This document shows, piece by piece, positions 10,256 through 20,360 of a stretch of DNA of 64,000 bases. Under the pieces are notes generated by a model. That model was not told where the DNA came from. It ran no database searches and saw only the letters and a program-made list of their open reading frames with translations. The translations under genes were made by a program, and so were the position numbers. Positions within the stretch are counted from its first letter, which is position 1; each line of letters begins with the position of its first letter. This DNA is from Bacilli bacterium (GTDB lineage: Bacteria; Bacillota_I; Bacilli_A; RF39; UBA660). The DNA lies in contig JAFSVF010000009.1 in assembly GCA_017450205.1 (NCBI GenBank), positions 107,491 through 171,490 on the forward strand, given 5' to 3'.

Positions 10256-11866
10256 ATGAAAAAGTTATTATCTTTAATAAGAGCATGTTTTAAAGATAAC
10301 ATGTCTATATTTAAAATTAAATCTAAGAATAAGAATAGTAAGTATTTACCATTTATTCTTGCATTAGTTTTAATGATTTCTTTTTATAATTATTCTGAAC
10401 TTTTAATAGAACCTCTAATAGAAGTTCATTTAGAATATGTTGTTATTACACTTTTTGTAGTTGGTACATGTGTTATGACATTTATGGAAGGAATCTATAA
10501 GAGCAGTGGAATATTATTTAATTGTAAAGATGATGATTTATTATTGTCACTTCCTATAAAAAAGTCTACTGTTCTTTTCGTAAGATTACTTAAGTTTTAT
10601 GTATTTGAACTTATATTTAATAGTCTATTTTTAATACCTGCACTTATTTCTTATGCAGTTCATGTTAATCCTGGAATTATGTATTATATTGTATCTGTAT
10701 TTGGAATTCTTTTACTTCCTATTATTCCAATTGTATTATCTACAATTATGGGTATATTTATATCTTTTGTTTCATCTCTAGCTAAAAATAAGAATATTAT
10801 GCAAACAATTTTTACATTTTTCTTATGTGGTGTAATTTATGTAATATTATTTAGAATGAATGGTTTTGTAGAGAGTCTTGCAGAAAATGCTAAATCAATA
10901 AATGATTTAATTATTAAAATATATTATCCAGCTGGACTATTTATTAATATGATTATTGATTTTAAGTTTATTGATTTAATTAAATTTATTTTTGTTAATG
11001 TATTACCTTTAGTTATATTAGTTTTAACATTTAAAAATATGTATTTTAGTATTAATTCTTCATTAAAGATTGTTAAAAAGAAGAGTGGTTATAGTAAGGA
11101 CACTAATTATAAAATTGTTACTAGTTCAAAAAGAAGTGCATTTATAAAAAAAGAAATTAAGAAACTTATTAATACTCCAGTATATATACTGAATTCATGT
11201 TTTGGATTAGTATTATATTTAGGAATTATTATTTATGCTGTTATAAATGTTGATGGTGTTATAAGTAAATTTCAAGCAGGTGGTGCAAATATACCATTTG
11301 ATTTATATTCAATAATTCCTTTAGTTATATTAGGATTAGTTATTTTTACATCACTATTATCATCACTTACTTGTTCAATGATTTCATTAGAAGGTAAGTC
11401 ATTTAATATATTAAAGAGTTTACCAATTAAACCAATTGAAATTATTATGTATAAAGTATATACAGTGTTAGTTGTAGAAATACCGATTATACTTATTGGA
11501 GTTATTATATCTATTATTAAATTTAAAATAGGTATTGTACCAAGTTTATTATTAATAGTTGCTTCTTGTGTATTTCCATTTATATCAGGAATATTTGGTA
11601 TTATAGTTAATATTAAATATCCTAAATTAGATGCTAAGGATGATACTGAAGTAGTTAAACAAAGTATGTCTTCATTTATAGCAGTTACTGGTGGTATGCT
11701 TGGAACAGGTGCATTTATTTACTTAATGTTTAAACTTATTGATTTTAAATTAAATATATCGCTAGTAATGTTAGCTGTTTTAATACTTGCTCTTATTATT
11801 TCTTCTTGCTTATATTGGTATGCTAAAAAGGTAAGTTCTAAAGAATTTGAAAAATTAGTTGTATAG
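10256..11866 (+). CDS. ABC-2 type permease
   Basis: Many TMs with duplicated LLSLPIK / ILKSLPIK motifs; follows the ATPase. Confidence 0.85.
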   Translation: MKKLLSLIRACFKDNMSIFKIKSKNKNSKYLPFILALVLMISFYNYSELLIEPLIEVHLEYVVITLFVVGTCVMTFMEGIYKSSGILFNCKDDDLLLSLPIKKSTVLFVRLLKFYVFELIFNSLFLIPALISYAVHVNPGIMYYIVSVFGILLLPIIPIVLSTIMGIFISFVSSLAKNKNIMQTIFTFFLCGVIYVILFRMNGFVESLAENAKSINDLIIKIYYPAGLFINMIIDFKFIDLIKFIFVNVLPLVILVLTFKNMYFSINSSLKIVKKKSGYSKDTNYKIVTSSKRSAFIKKEIKKLINTPVYILNSCFGLVLYLGIIIYAVINVDGVISKFQAGGANIPFDLYSIIPLVILGLVIFTSLLSSLTCSMISLEGKSFNILKSLPIKPIEIIMYKVYTVLVVEIPIILIGVIISIIKFKIGIVPSLLLIVASCVFPFISGIFGIIVNIKYPKLDAKDDTEVVKQSMSSFIAVTGGMLGTGAFIYLMFKLIDFKLNISLVMLAVLILALIISSCLYWYAKKVSSKEFEKLVV

Positions 11867-11874
11867 GAGTATAT

Positions 11875-12813
11875 ATGCATAAAGGAATAGATAATTATAA
11901 AGATAATTGTTATTATTTGAATGATGTAAAAAAAGCTATTGATGAAAATAGAACTGTATTTCTAGATATTGATGGTGTTATTCAACCAGGAACACAAAAA
12001 AGATTTGATCATGATAATGAATATTTAAAGAAATATTTATATGAAAAGTATGATGACGAGAGATATCTTGAAATGATGCATTATGATGCTGGTGCAGTAT
12101 TTTATGATTGGAGACCTTCATCAGTAGGATTTTTAAGAGAATTATTAGATACTACTTATTCTCACATTGTTCTTTCTAGTGACTGGAGAAGTGGACACTC
12201 ATTTGAAGAATTAAAAGCATTCTTTAAAATGTATGATTTAGATGATTATTTAATTGATAGAACTCCTTTTGATGATACATATAAAAAGTTTTATTCACAT
12301 GAAAGTTCTATAAAAGAGTATTTAAGTCTACATCCGGAAATAAAAAAGTATATTGTGTTAGATGATATTAATTTATATGAAAGTTTTGGAGAAAATTTTA
12401 GATTAGTTAATAATATGTATAACTCTCTAGGATTAGGTGATTATGAGTATGCAAAATTTGTATTAAATCATAATCCTGAGATAAGAATAGAAAATAATAT
12501 TATTTCTTTTGATGATTTTATTATGATGCATTTTAATATTATTGAAGATGATAATTATAAAATAATGTATATCGATTCTATATATAATAAATATAATTCT
12601 TTAAATATTGATTTATATATAACTTATATTTTAGCTTATATGTTTAAGAGATACTTAGATATTAATGAATTTATAATTAATGATTTTAAATATAAATTTA
12701 ATGATTTAGGAATAGGTTATAAAGATTCATTTGGTTGTTTAATTGTAGTTAGAGATTATTATGAGAGTAGTAAACACAATAGTTTAAAAACAAGAATACT
12801 TAAGAAGATTTAA
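11875..12813 (+). CDS. HAD-superfamily protein (HAD_SAK_2-like) with C-terminal extension
   Basis: FLDIDGVI, IVLSSDWR, YIVLDD. Confidence 0.8.
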   Translation: MHKGIDNYKDNCYYLNDVKKAIDENRTVFLDIDGVIQPGTQKRFDHDNEYLKKYLYEKYDDERYLEMMHYDAGAVFYDWRPSSVGFLRELLDTTYSHIVLSSDWRSGHSFEELKAFFKMYDLDDYLIDRTPFDDTYKKFYSHESSIKEYLSLHPEIKKYIVLDDINLYESFGENFRLVNNMYNSLGLGDYEYAKFVLNHNPEIRIENNIISFDDFIMMHFNIIEDDNYKIMYIDSIYNKYNSLNIDLYITYILAYMFKRYLDINEFIINDFKYKFNDLGIGYKDSFGCLIVVRDYYESSKHNSLKTRILKKI

Positions 12814-12830
12814 AATTAATCTTCTTTTTT
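12802..12830 (+). terminator. Intrinsic terminator
   Basis: AAGAAGATT-TAAAATT-AATCTTCTT plus T tract. Confidence 0.7.
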
Positions 12831-12844
12831 GATATAATAGATAT

Positions 12845-13777
12845 GTGATCTTTATGAATATGAAAAAGTTTAAGAAAAAATTAACTCTTTTAAGTCTGGT
12901 TCTTATGACTACTTTAAGTTCTAGTGGATCTAAAGGAGTTATAAATGAAAGACTTCCTTTTGATAAGAATCAAATAAGAAATGAAATAGATATAGAAAAG
13001 GACTCATATGTTATTCAAGGAATATGTGTTGTAGATGATTATATTTTTGTTTCTCTTTATAATGATTCAATAAGTAAATCATCTAAAGTGTTTATATATG
13101 ACTTAGATATGAACTTTATTAAAGAATGTAGTCTTAATAATAATAGTCATGTTGGTGGTATAGCTTATGATGATATAAATCAAATAGTTTGGATTACAGA
13201 TATTAAAGGTACTGTTAGTGGATATAATAAAGATGAATTTATTGTAAATGATCATATAAATCCTAAATATTATAGATTAGATGTATCTAATGGACTTACT
13301 AATATATATGGAAATAATTCAGTTGCTTATATTACTTATTATGATGGATATTTATTCTTAGGAGATTATGCATTAGAAACTTTTTCTACTTTGAAAAAGT
13401 TTAAAATACAAGATAATGGTTCAATAAATCCTGATGATTATGAAAAAATATATTTTTATGGTTTAGTACAAGGATTATCTTTCTTTGAACATGATGGTAG
13501 TACTTATATGTTAGTGTCTTCATCTATTGGTACTAATTTTAAATCTAATATAAAGTTAGTTAAGTATGATCCTAATATTAAAGATTATCGTAATGAAAAG
13601 TGTTTAAATATTGAAATGCCTAATATGCTTGAACAAATATATATGGATAAATCTAATATACTATATAGTACTTTTGAATCTAATGCTGATAAATACAAAA
13701 AGAGTATTAAACATTCAGGAGATATTATTATTGAAGATTTAGATGAAAAAATAGATGATTATATACATAAGTTGTAA
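12845..13777 (+). CDS. Secreted, probable beta-propeller protein
   Basis: Signal-like N-terminus; repeated QGI/HVGGIAYD/QGLSF blade-like motifs. Confidence 0.55.
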   Translation: MIFMNMKKFKKKLTLLSLVLMTTLSSSGSKGVINERLPFDKNQIRNEIDIEKDSYVIQGICVVDDYIFVSLYNDSISKSSKVFIYDLDMNFIKECSLNNNSHVGGIAYDDINQIVWITDIKGTVSGYNKDEFIVNDHINPKYYRLDVSNGLTNIYGNNSVAYITYYDGYLFLGDYALETFSTLKKFKIQDNGSINPDDYEKIYFYGLVQGLSFFEHDGSTYMLVSSSIGTNFKSNIKLVKYDPNIKDYRNEKCLNIEMPNMLEQIYMDKSNILYSTFESNADKYKKSIKHSGDIIIEDLDEKIDDYIHKL

Positions 13778-13805
13778 ATTTTTAAAAATTTACAATTTTT
13801 TTATT

Positions 13806-13839
13806 TTGTAACTTACTTGTAACTTTAGCTTCATATAAT
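13806..13839 (+). promoter_or_regulatory. OmpR-type direct-repeat operator and -10 box
   Basis: TTGTAACTT-AC-TTGTAACTT (11 bp period) followed by TATAAT at 13834. Confidence 0.6.
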
Positions 13840-13866
13840 GAAGATGTAAAAAGGAGAGAAAAGTGT

Positions 13867-14025
13867 ATGGAAAATTTAGAAAGAAAATTTAATATTGGAT
13901 TTTTATCAGTTAGTTTATTCGTATTATTATCTTTATTAGGATTATATATACTACTTGAAATAACTGAATCAAAACCAAATGTGAATTTAGCAAGTAATTA
14001 CAATATAAATGAAAATATAATATAA
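13867..14025 (+). CDS. Small single-TM protein (52 aa), absent from the ORF track
   Basis: AAGGAGAG upstream; MENLERKFNIGFLSVSLFVLLSLLGLYILLEITESK...; precedes the ABC ATPase. Confidence 0.55.
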   Translation: MENLERKFNIGFLSVSLFVLLSLLGLYILLEITESKPNVNLASNYNINENII

Positions 14026-14035
14026 TAATTAAGGA

Positions 14036-14716
14036 GTGATTAAGATGGAGATATTAAAAGTAGAGAATTTAACTAAAGTTTATGGTAAAGGATCAACTGA
14101 AGTAAGAGCACTTGATGATGTTAGTTTTAGTGTTAAGAAAGGTGAATTTGTTGCAATTGTTGGAGCTTCTGGTTCAGGAAAATCAACACTTTTACATTTA
14201 CTTGGTGGAGTAGATAGACCAACTAGTGGAAAAGTATTTATAGATGGTGAAGATATATTTAAACTTAATGATGAAAAACTTGCTATATTTAGAAGAAGAC
14301 AAGTAGGATTAATTTATCAGTTTTATAATTTAATTCCAATTCTAAATGCTGAAGAAAATATTACATTACCTTTATCTCTTGATAATAGAAAAGTAGATAA
14401 AGTAGAGTTAGATGAACTTATCAAGTTATTAGGTTTAGAAAGAAGAAAGAAACATTTACCTAATGAACTTTCTGGTGGCCAACAACAAAGAGTATCAATT
14501 GGTAGAGCTTTAATTACAAAACCTACGATTGTACTTGCAGATGAACCAACAGGTAACTTAGATAGTAAGTCTAGCGATGAAATAGTAGCATTACTTAAAA
14601 AGAGTAATAAAGAATATAAACAAACCATTGTAATGATTACTCATAATATGGAAATTGCTAAGGAAGCAGATCGTGTTATAAAAATTGAAGATGGAAAAAT
14701 TATTGAGGAGGTTTAA
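14036..14716 (+). CDS. ABC transporter ATP-binding protein (LolD/MacB/BceA-like)
   Basis: GASGSGKST, LSGGQQQR, ADEPTGNLD. Confidence 0.95.
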   Translation: MIKMEILKVENLTKVYGKGSTEVRALDDVSFSVKKGEFVAIVGASGSGKSTLLHLLGGVDRPTSGKVFIDGEDIFKLNDEKLAIFRRRQVGLIYQFYNLIPILNAEENITLPLSLDNRKVDKVELDELIKLLGLERRKKHLPNELSGGQQQRVSIGRALITKPTIVLADEPTGNLDSKSSDEIVALLKKSNKEYKQTIVMITHNMEIAKEADRVIKIEDGKIIEEV

Positions 14717-14718
14717 TA

Positions 14719-17319
14719 ATGAACTTGCTTAATAAATTAACTGTTAAGAATTTAAAACTAAATAAAAAGAGAACAATAGTTACTATTATAGGTATAATAC
14801 TTTCAATAGCACTTTTAACTGCTGTATCTTCTTTTTATACTAGTGGAATAAATTCTTTAATTGAATATGAAAAGTATATAACTGGTAATTATCATGTTAA
14901 ATTTGAAAATGTTAGTGAAGAAGACTTAGAGTTTCTTAAATTAAATGAGAATTTTGAATTTATTAGTGTAATGAAAGATATTGGTTACTCTAAGATAAAA
15001 TCTAATAATGAGAATAAACCATATGTTTTTGTTAAAGGTTATACTAAAGAATCATTTAATCAATTAGGAGTTAGATTAATTGATGGAAGACTTCCCGAAA
15101 ACGATTCTGAAGTATTAATTCCAACTCATCTTTATACTAATGGAAGAGTTAAATATGAGATTGGTGATAAGATTAAATTAAATCTTGGTAAAAGATATAT
15201 AAATGGTGTAGCTGTTAATCAAAATGCACCTTATGAAAAAGAAGAAATGTTCAAAGCTGAAGAAGAAAAAGAATATACAGTTGTAGGTAAGATAGAAAGA
15301 CCTATTTCTAAAGTAGAACCTTATTCAGCTCCAGGATATACTTTGATTACTTTATTACCAGAAATTAAAAAAGACGATTCTCTAGATTTATATATTAGAT
15401 TTAAGAAAGATAGACTTAAAAATTTTTATAGGAGTATTGCTTTAATTGAAGGTTTTGATCCTGATTTATTTACTAAAGCAACTGATACAAGTAAACTTTC
15501 TGACTTTACCGAAGAGGAAGAAGCGAAATTAGATGAACAATACGAAAATAGAAAATATGATTTTGTATTAAACCAATATTTAGCTGAATTTGAAAAGAAT
15601 CCTCTTACTGGTTCTGCAATGGGAGATATGGGTAGAGTAGTAATACTTGTTTTAGCTATTATTGTAGTATCTTCAGTATTTTGTATAAGAAATAGTTTTG
15701 ATATTTCAATTACAGAAAAGATTAAACAATATGGTATGTTAAGAAGTGTTGGAGCTACTAAGAAACAAATTAGAAAAAATGTATTATATGAAGCAACCGT
15801 TTTAGGCCTTATTGGTATTCCTTTAGGTATTATTTTAGGATTAGTTGCAACTATAATTCTTATGATTATTACTAATGTTTTAACAGATGGAATGTTAGGA
15901 AATGGACTTACATTAAAGTTTGTATTTTCATGGATTGCAGTTATTGCATCTATTATACTTGGATTTGTAACTATTTATTTATCTGCATTAAAGAGTGCGT
16001 TTAAAGCATCTCATGTTTCTCCAATTGAATCTATTAGAAATTCTGCTAATATCAAGATTAAAAGAAAAAGCTTGAAAGTACCTAAAATTATTTCTAAGAT
16101 TTTTAAAATTGGTGGAGAAATTAGTTATAAAAACATTAAGAGAAATAAAAGAAAATTTAGAACTACTGTTATTTCTATTATAATATCTGTTAGTGTTTTT
16201 ATTGGTTTAACATCATTTATGAATGTTGCTATGATGTCTGTAAAAGATGAAATTAAAAATGCTGATTATACAATCTCTGTTTCGATTGATTATCCTCTTG
16301 ATAAAACATTACAAAAATATAGAGACTTTAAGAATGTTACAAATGTAGATAAAGTATCTATAACGAAAACTGATTATATGTTTTTAGATAATGTATCATT
16401 CAGTGATGATTATAAAAGAATAGAAAAAGATAATGTAGAGTATCAAGATACTTATGTTCAAGTTAAAGCTTTAGATAATGATTCATTTAATGAATATTTA
16501 AAGAGTTTAAAACTAAATCCAGATGATTATAAAGATAAAGCTATTTTAAATAATATAGTTTTAAAATATGATAATAGTAAAAAGGTAAAGATAAATACAT
16601 TTAATATTAATGAAGGAGATTCTATTAAGAATAGAATTGAAGTCGAAGGTGATAAGGATTTTTCAATTAAAGTAGGAAAAATTACTTATGATAGACCATT
16701 TGGTGAAGCTAATAATGTTAATCAACCTTTATTAATTATTAATTATGATTTATATAAAAATACATTTAATAAAGACTTTGATAAAATTAAAATTTATATT
16801 AATTCAAGTGATTCTAAGACTAGTCAAGATGAATTAGAAAAATTACTAAATAATGAAGGATATAGTTTAGAAAATATTGAAGAAACTGTAAGACAAATGA
16901 ATAATATAATTCTTTTAGTAGGTATATTCCTTTATGGATTTATTACTGTAATTACTTTAATTGGAGTAACTAATATATTTAATACAATTAATTCTAACAT
17001 TAGTTTAAGAAGACAAGAATTTGCTATGTTAAAATCGATTGGTATGACTAAAAAGGAATTTAATAATATGATTCGTTTAGAGAGTATATTTATTGGAATT
17101 AAATCACTTGTATTTGGTATTCCTGGTGGAATAGGTATTTCATTACTTGTATATAAATCTTTTGATGTAGGTAGTGCTATTCCATATCAATTACCATTAA
17201 ATGCAATTATTATTTCTGTAGTAGCAGTATTCTTACTTATTTCAATTATAATGAGTTATTCTGTTAAGAAATGTGAGAATCAAAATATTATTGAAACTAT
17301 TAGAAATGAAAATATTTAA
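14719..17319 (+). CDS. FtsX/MacB-like ABC permease
   Basis: Two FtsX repeats (QYGMLRSVGATKKQI, EFAMLKSIGMTKKE) with large extracellular domains. Confidence 0.9.
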   Translation: MNLLNKLTVKNLKLNKKRTIVTIIGIILSIALLTAVSSFYTSGINSLIEYEKYITGNYHVKFENVSEEDLEFLKLNENFEFISVMKDIGYSKIKSNNENKPYVFVKGYTKESFNQLGVRLIDGRLPENDSEVLIPTHLYTNGRVKYEIGDKIKLNLGKRYINGVAVNQNAPYEKEEMFKAEEEKEYTVVGKIERPISKVEPYSAPGYTLITLLPEIKKDDSLDLYIRFKKDRLKNFYRSIALIEGFDPDLFTKATDTSKLSDFTEEEEAKLDEQYENRKYDFVLNQYLAEFEKNPLTGSAMGDMGRVVILVLAIIVVSSVFCIRNSFDISITEKIKQYGMLRSVGATKKQIRKNVLYEATVLGLIGIPLGIILGLVATIILMIITNVLTDGMLGNGLTLKFVFSWIAVIASIILGFVTIYLSALKSAFKASHVSPIESIRNSANIKIKRKSLKVPKIISKIFKIGGEISYKNIKRNKRKFRTTVISIIISVSVFIGLTSFMNVAMMSVKDEIKNADYTISVSIDYPLDKTLQKYRDFKNVTNVDKVSITKTDYMFLDNVSFSDDYKRIEKDNVEYQDTYVQVKALDNDSFNEYLKSLKLNPDDYKDKAILNNIVLKYDNSKKVKINTFNINEGDSIKNRIEVEGDKDFSIKVGKITYDRPFGEANNVNQPLLIINYDLYKNTFNKDFDKIKIYINSSDSKTSQDELEKLLNNEGYSLENIEETVRQMNNIILLVGIFLYGFITVITLIGVTNIFNTINSNISLRRQEFAMLKSIGMTKKEFNNMIRLESIFIGIKSLVFGIPGGIGISLLVYKSFDVGSAIPYQLPLNAIIISVVAVFLLISIIMSYSVKKCENQNIIETIRNENI

Positions 17320-17342
17320 AGGAACTTTATGTTCCTTTTTTT
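17318..17342 (+). terminator. Intrinsic terminator
   Basis: AAAGGAAC-TTTAT-GTTCCTTT plus T tract. Confidence 0.8.
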
Positions 17343-17457
17343 GTTATGTTTTGTTATAATCTTTAGTAGATGGTAGTAAATAGAGTTTTGATATTTATTG
17401 ATTTAGATAATTTAAACTTGTTACTATATTTTAACAACTTTTTGTGGAGGACTTTTT

Positions 17458-18414
17458 ATGAAAAAATATATTATGTTTGCATTTATTATGTTTATGCCAA
17501 TTGTTGTTAATGCGGCTAGTATTCAAATTGTATGTGAAAAAGATACAATAACAGTTGGAGACAGTGTTAGATGTGATATCATTGGTAATGATACTACAGT
17601 TGGTGGCGCCAAAGCTGATAGTGTATCTGTAACTAATGGAACTATTACGAGTTTTATAAAAGGAAATTGTATAGAGTTAGCTGCAGGTGCAGTTTCTAAT
17701 TCATCTTTTGAATGTATTAGTGATGAAGCACCTAATAGTACTAAAATAGTTTCATATGTATTAAAATCTCAAAATGAAGGTAATATGGTTTTTGAACTTA
17801 CTAATGCGCAATTAGTTGGATATGAGTATGCTACAATTGATTTCCCATCAATTACTAAAACCATAACTGTAAAAGCTAAAGAAACTACTCAAGCTACTAC
17901 TAAGCCTGCAGTTAAACCACAACCAAGTCCAAGTGAACCTAGTCCATCAGGCCCTAATACACAAGCTCCTGTACAAACTGAACCTGTAATTGAAGCACCA
18001 ACAACTGAGGTTGTAACTGAACCGGAGTCAGAACCAACTAGTGAGGTTGTTAAACCAAATCCTAAGAGTGATGAAGTTATTTATTTAAAATCATTAAAGG
18101 TTGATGGTATAGAAATTAATTTTAGTCCTACTAGTTTTAATTATAATTTTAGTGTTGGAAAAGATATTAATGAATTAAATATTACTTATGAAACTGAAGA
18201 TGATGAAGATGTAGAAGTAAGTGATACTAAATTAAAGAGTGGATTAAATAAAATATATATTGTAGTTACTAAAGGAAATTTAAGTTCAACTTATACTTTA
18301 AATGTTACTAAGGAATCTAGTAATAAAACAGTAAAGACAATAAAGATTGTTGGATCTGTTTCTGGAATTGGAGTATTAGTTTATTGCTTATTTAGAGTAC
18401 TTAGAAAATTCTAG
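17458..18414 (+). CDS. Surface protein: cohesin-like domain, Pro/Thr linker, cadherin-like beta sandwich, TM anchor
   Basis: Signal VVNA; P/T/E-rich linker; YLKSLKV...FSP..FNY...YTLNVTK; C-terminal TM. Confidence 0.7.
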   Translation: MKKYIMFAFIMFMPIVVNAASIQIVCEKDTITVGDSVRCDIIGNDTTVGGAKADSVSVTNGTITSFIKGNCIELAAGAVSNSSFECISDEAPNSTKIVSYVLKSQNEGNMVFELTNAQLVGYEYATIDFPSITKTITVKAKETTQATTKPAVKPQPSPSEPSPSGPNTQAPVQTEPVIEAPTTEVVTEPESEPTSEVVKPNPKSDEVIYLKSLKVDGIEINFSPTSFNYNFSVGKDINELNITYETEDDEDVEVSDTKLKSGLNKIYIVVTKGNLSSTYTLNVTKESSNKTVKTIKIVGSVSGIGVLVYCLFRVLRKF

Positions 18415-18442
18415 ATTAGTATTAAGAAAATTAACAGTTTAT

Positions 18443-18473
18443 AAGAGAACTAATATTAAATAGTTCTCTTTTT
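18443..18473 (+). terminator. Intrinsic terminator
   Basis: AAGAGAACTA-ATATTAAA-TAGTTCTCTT plus T tract. Confidence 0.7.
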
Positions 18474-18498
18474 ATGTTATACTTTAATTGGTGATTAT

Positions 18499-19152
18499 AT
18501 GAATATCTTATTAGTTGAAGATAATGAAATGATTATTAAAGGTCTTGTTTTTTCATTTGAGAAAAGCGATTATAAACTTGAATATAAAACAAGTATTATT
18601 GATACTAAGAATTATTTATTAAATAATAAACCTGATTTAATTATTCTTGATGTTACTTTACCAGATGGTAATGGTTTTGATTTTTATAAAATGAGTTTAA
18701 AGGAAAAAGAAATACCTGTTATATTCTTAACTGCTTTAGATGATGAAAATGATATTGTAAATGGATTAGAATTGGGTGCAGATGATTATATTACTAAACC
18801 ATTTAGTACTAAAGAATTAATGGCTAGAATTAATAAAATATTATTAAGAAAGATTAAAAAAAATATAATTAAAGTTAATGATTTAACTTTTGATTTAGAT
18901 AGTTTAGTTTTAACTAAAAATGGAAAAATGCTTGAATTAAGTCCGCTAGAATTAAAAATAATTACGTTACTATTTACTAATAAAGGAAGTGTTATTACTA
19001 GAGATACTTTACTTGATAAAGTATATGATTGGACAGGGAACTATATAGATGATCATACTATTACAGTATATTTCAAAAGAATAAGAGAGAAACTTGGAGA
19101 AGACTCTATTAAAACAGTTAAAGGAATAGGTTATAGAATAAATGAAGAATAA
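18499..19152 (+). CDS. OmpR-family response regulator
   Basis: LLVEDN, LDVTLPDG, GADDYITKPF, IKTVKGIGY. Confidence 0.95.
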   Translation: MNILLVEDNEMIIKGLVFSFEKSDYKLEYKTSIIDTKNYLLNNKPDLIILDVTLPDGNGFDFYKMSLKEKEIPVIFLTALDDENDIVNGLELGADDYITKPFSTKELMARINKILLRKIKKNIIKVNDLTFDLDSLVLTKNGKMLELSPLELKIITLLFTNKGSVITRDTLLDKVYDWTGNYIDDHTITVYFKRIREKLGEDSIKTVKGIGYRINEE

Positions 19153-20350
19153 TATTAATTATAAAAAGTATATATTTTTTTCTTTAATTATTACTATTAT
19201 ATTTAGTATTTGTTTTTATTGTTTTAATTTATATAATTATAAGAATTATTCTTATAAATATAATTTAGAAATTGATCATTTAATTACTTATATAAAAGAG
19301 ATTAATCCTGAGATAGATGAAAAAGAAATATTTAATTCAATTAGAAATAATGAAAGTACTTCTTTATTTGAAAAGTATGGTGTAGATATTAGGAATGAAT
19401 CTATATTTAAAGATAATAATAAAAGATTTAATAGTAGTTTAATTATTAGTTCCATAATATTTATATTGTCTTCCTTAACTAGTATATTAGTATTTTGTTT
19501 TTATTCTTATAAAAAAGAAAATGAAATTAATAAAATAACTAAGATTATTAAAGAGATTAATAAGAAAAATTATGAATTAGATATAAAGACTATGAGTGAA
19601 GATGAATTATCTATTCTTAAAAATGAGATATATAAAACTATGATTAATTTAAAAGAAACTAGTGAATTAAATATCTTAGATAAAGTTAATTTAAAAAGAA
19701 GTTTAGAAGATATATCACATCAATTAAAGACACCTTTAACATCTATACTTATTATGTTAGATAATTTAATTGATAATCCAGATATGGATTTAAGTTTAAG
19801 AGAAGATTTTTTAAGAGATATTAAGCTTGAAACAAATAAAATTAATTTCTTAGTACAAAATATACTTAAACTATCTAAGTTTGAATCTAATACGATTGAA
19901 CTTAAAAGAAGTGAAGAATCGATAAGTAAATTAGTAAATGAATCTATTAATAATGTAGATGTATTAGCAGATTTAAAGAATATAAAAATAAATAAGAAGA
20001 TTATTAGTGATTCTTTAATTAAAATTGACTTTTCATGGCAAAAAGAAGCCATTACTAATTTAATTAAGAATGCAATTGAACACTCAGAAAGGGACACTAA
20101 TATAGATATAATAGTAGATACTAATAACGTATATTCTAGTATTAAAGTTATTAACTATAATTCAATGATTGATAAAGAAGATATAAAAAATATATTTAAA
20201 AGATTTTATAAAAGTAAAAATTCTAGTAAAGAATCTATTGGTATTGGACTTTCTCTTGCTAAAACAATTATAGAAGCTGATAATGGGTCTATTACTGTTG
20301 AGTCTAATGAAGAAAAGACTATTTTCGTAGTAAAATATTTTAAGATATAA
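19142..20350 (+). CDS. Sensor histidine kinase
   Basis: Two TMs, DISHQLKTPLT H-box, NLIKNA, GIGLSL. Confidence 0.95.
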   Translation: MKNNINYKKYIFFSLIITIIFSICFYCFNLYNYKNYSYKYNLEIDHLITYIKEINPEIDEKEIFNSIRNNESTSLFEKYGVDIRNESIFKDNNKRFNSSLIISSIIFILSSLTSILVFCFYSYKKENEINKITKIIKEINKKNYELDIKTMSEDELSILKNEIYKTMINLKETSELNILDKVNLKRSLEDISHQLKTPLTSILIMLDNLIDNPDMDLSLREDFLRDIKLETNKINFLVQNILKLSKFESNTIELKRSEESISKLVNESINNVDVLADLKNIKINKKIISDSLIKIDFSWQKEAITNLIKNAIEHSERDTNIDIIVDTNNVYSSIKVINYNSMIDKEDIKNIFKRFYKSKNSSKESIGIGLSLAKTIIEADNGSITVESNEEKTIFVVKYFKI

Positions 20351-20360
20351 GAGTGATAAA

